This document shows positions 19,907-20,000 of a DNA stretch of 20,000 bases, piece after piece. The stretch is from the NCBI GenBank assembly GCA_001275005.1, contig JWZX01003073.1, positions 45,593-65,592 of the forward strand. Reading direction: 5' to 3'. The notes below the pieces were generated by a model. The model saw only the letters and a program-made list of their open reading frames with translations, ran no database searches and was not told the DNA's origin. Origin of the DNA: Chrysochromulina tobinii (taxonomy: Eukaryota). Positions within the stretch are counted from its first letter, which is position 1, and every line of letters begins with the position of its first letter. The position numbers were made by a program, and so were the translations under genes.

Positions 19907-20000
19907 GGGGTTTGTTATCGAGTTTGGGGGGGTTTGTTATCAGGATACGTATCCCATGTATCGTGCATGTATCGTGCATGTATCTTGCATGTATCTTGAT
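19907..20000. repeat. Composite repeat at window edge: 13-bp direct repeat, 12-bp palindrome and 11-bp tandem array
   Basis: GGGGTTTGTTATC at 19907-19919 and 19929-19941; palindrome GGATACGTATCC at 19943-19954; four copies of CATGTATC(G/T)TG at 19955-19998, reaching the window edge. Confidence 0.8.

Noticed and set aside
19955..20000. CRISPR-like array
   Set aside because: The 11-bp units abut with no unique spacers, and there are no cas genes.

Overview
GC-rich, compact eukaryotic genomic DNA with short (63-98 nt) GT-AG introns. It is probably from a flagellated alga or protist, and haptophyte-like by composition and repeat style (inference only). Six genes are supported. (1) ARMC2 on the minus strand, running off the left edge and absent from the ORF track. 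(2) A three-exon gene for a protein of about 3,200 aa: degenerate OTU-like domain, TRAFAC P-loop GTPase, about 1,700 aa helical region, SecA-like SF2 ATPase, vWA domain. (3) A convergent three-exon gene (884 aa): RRM, coiled coil, STK31-like kinase, coiled coil, PARP-type ADP-ribosyltransferase with an H-Y-E triad. The RRM only appears after splicing. (4) An RluE/RsuA-family pseudouridine synthase. (5) A MED26-like TFIIS-N protein. (6) An MBS1-like C2H2 zinc-finger protein. A short dispersed repeat associated with (GACTT)n occurs twice, and a tandem/palindromic repeat starts at the right edge. The best candidate for an undescribed system is the tail-to-tail pair of multidomain genes (2 and 3) lying between housekeeping genes, which looks like a eukaryotic defence or conflict locus. 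All domain calls come from manual motif recognition; no searches were run.
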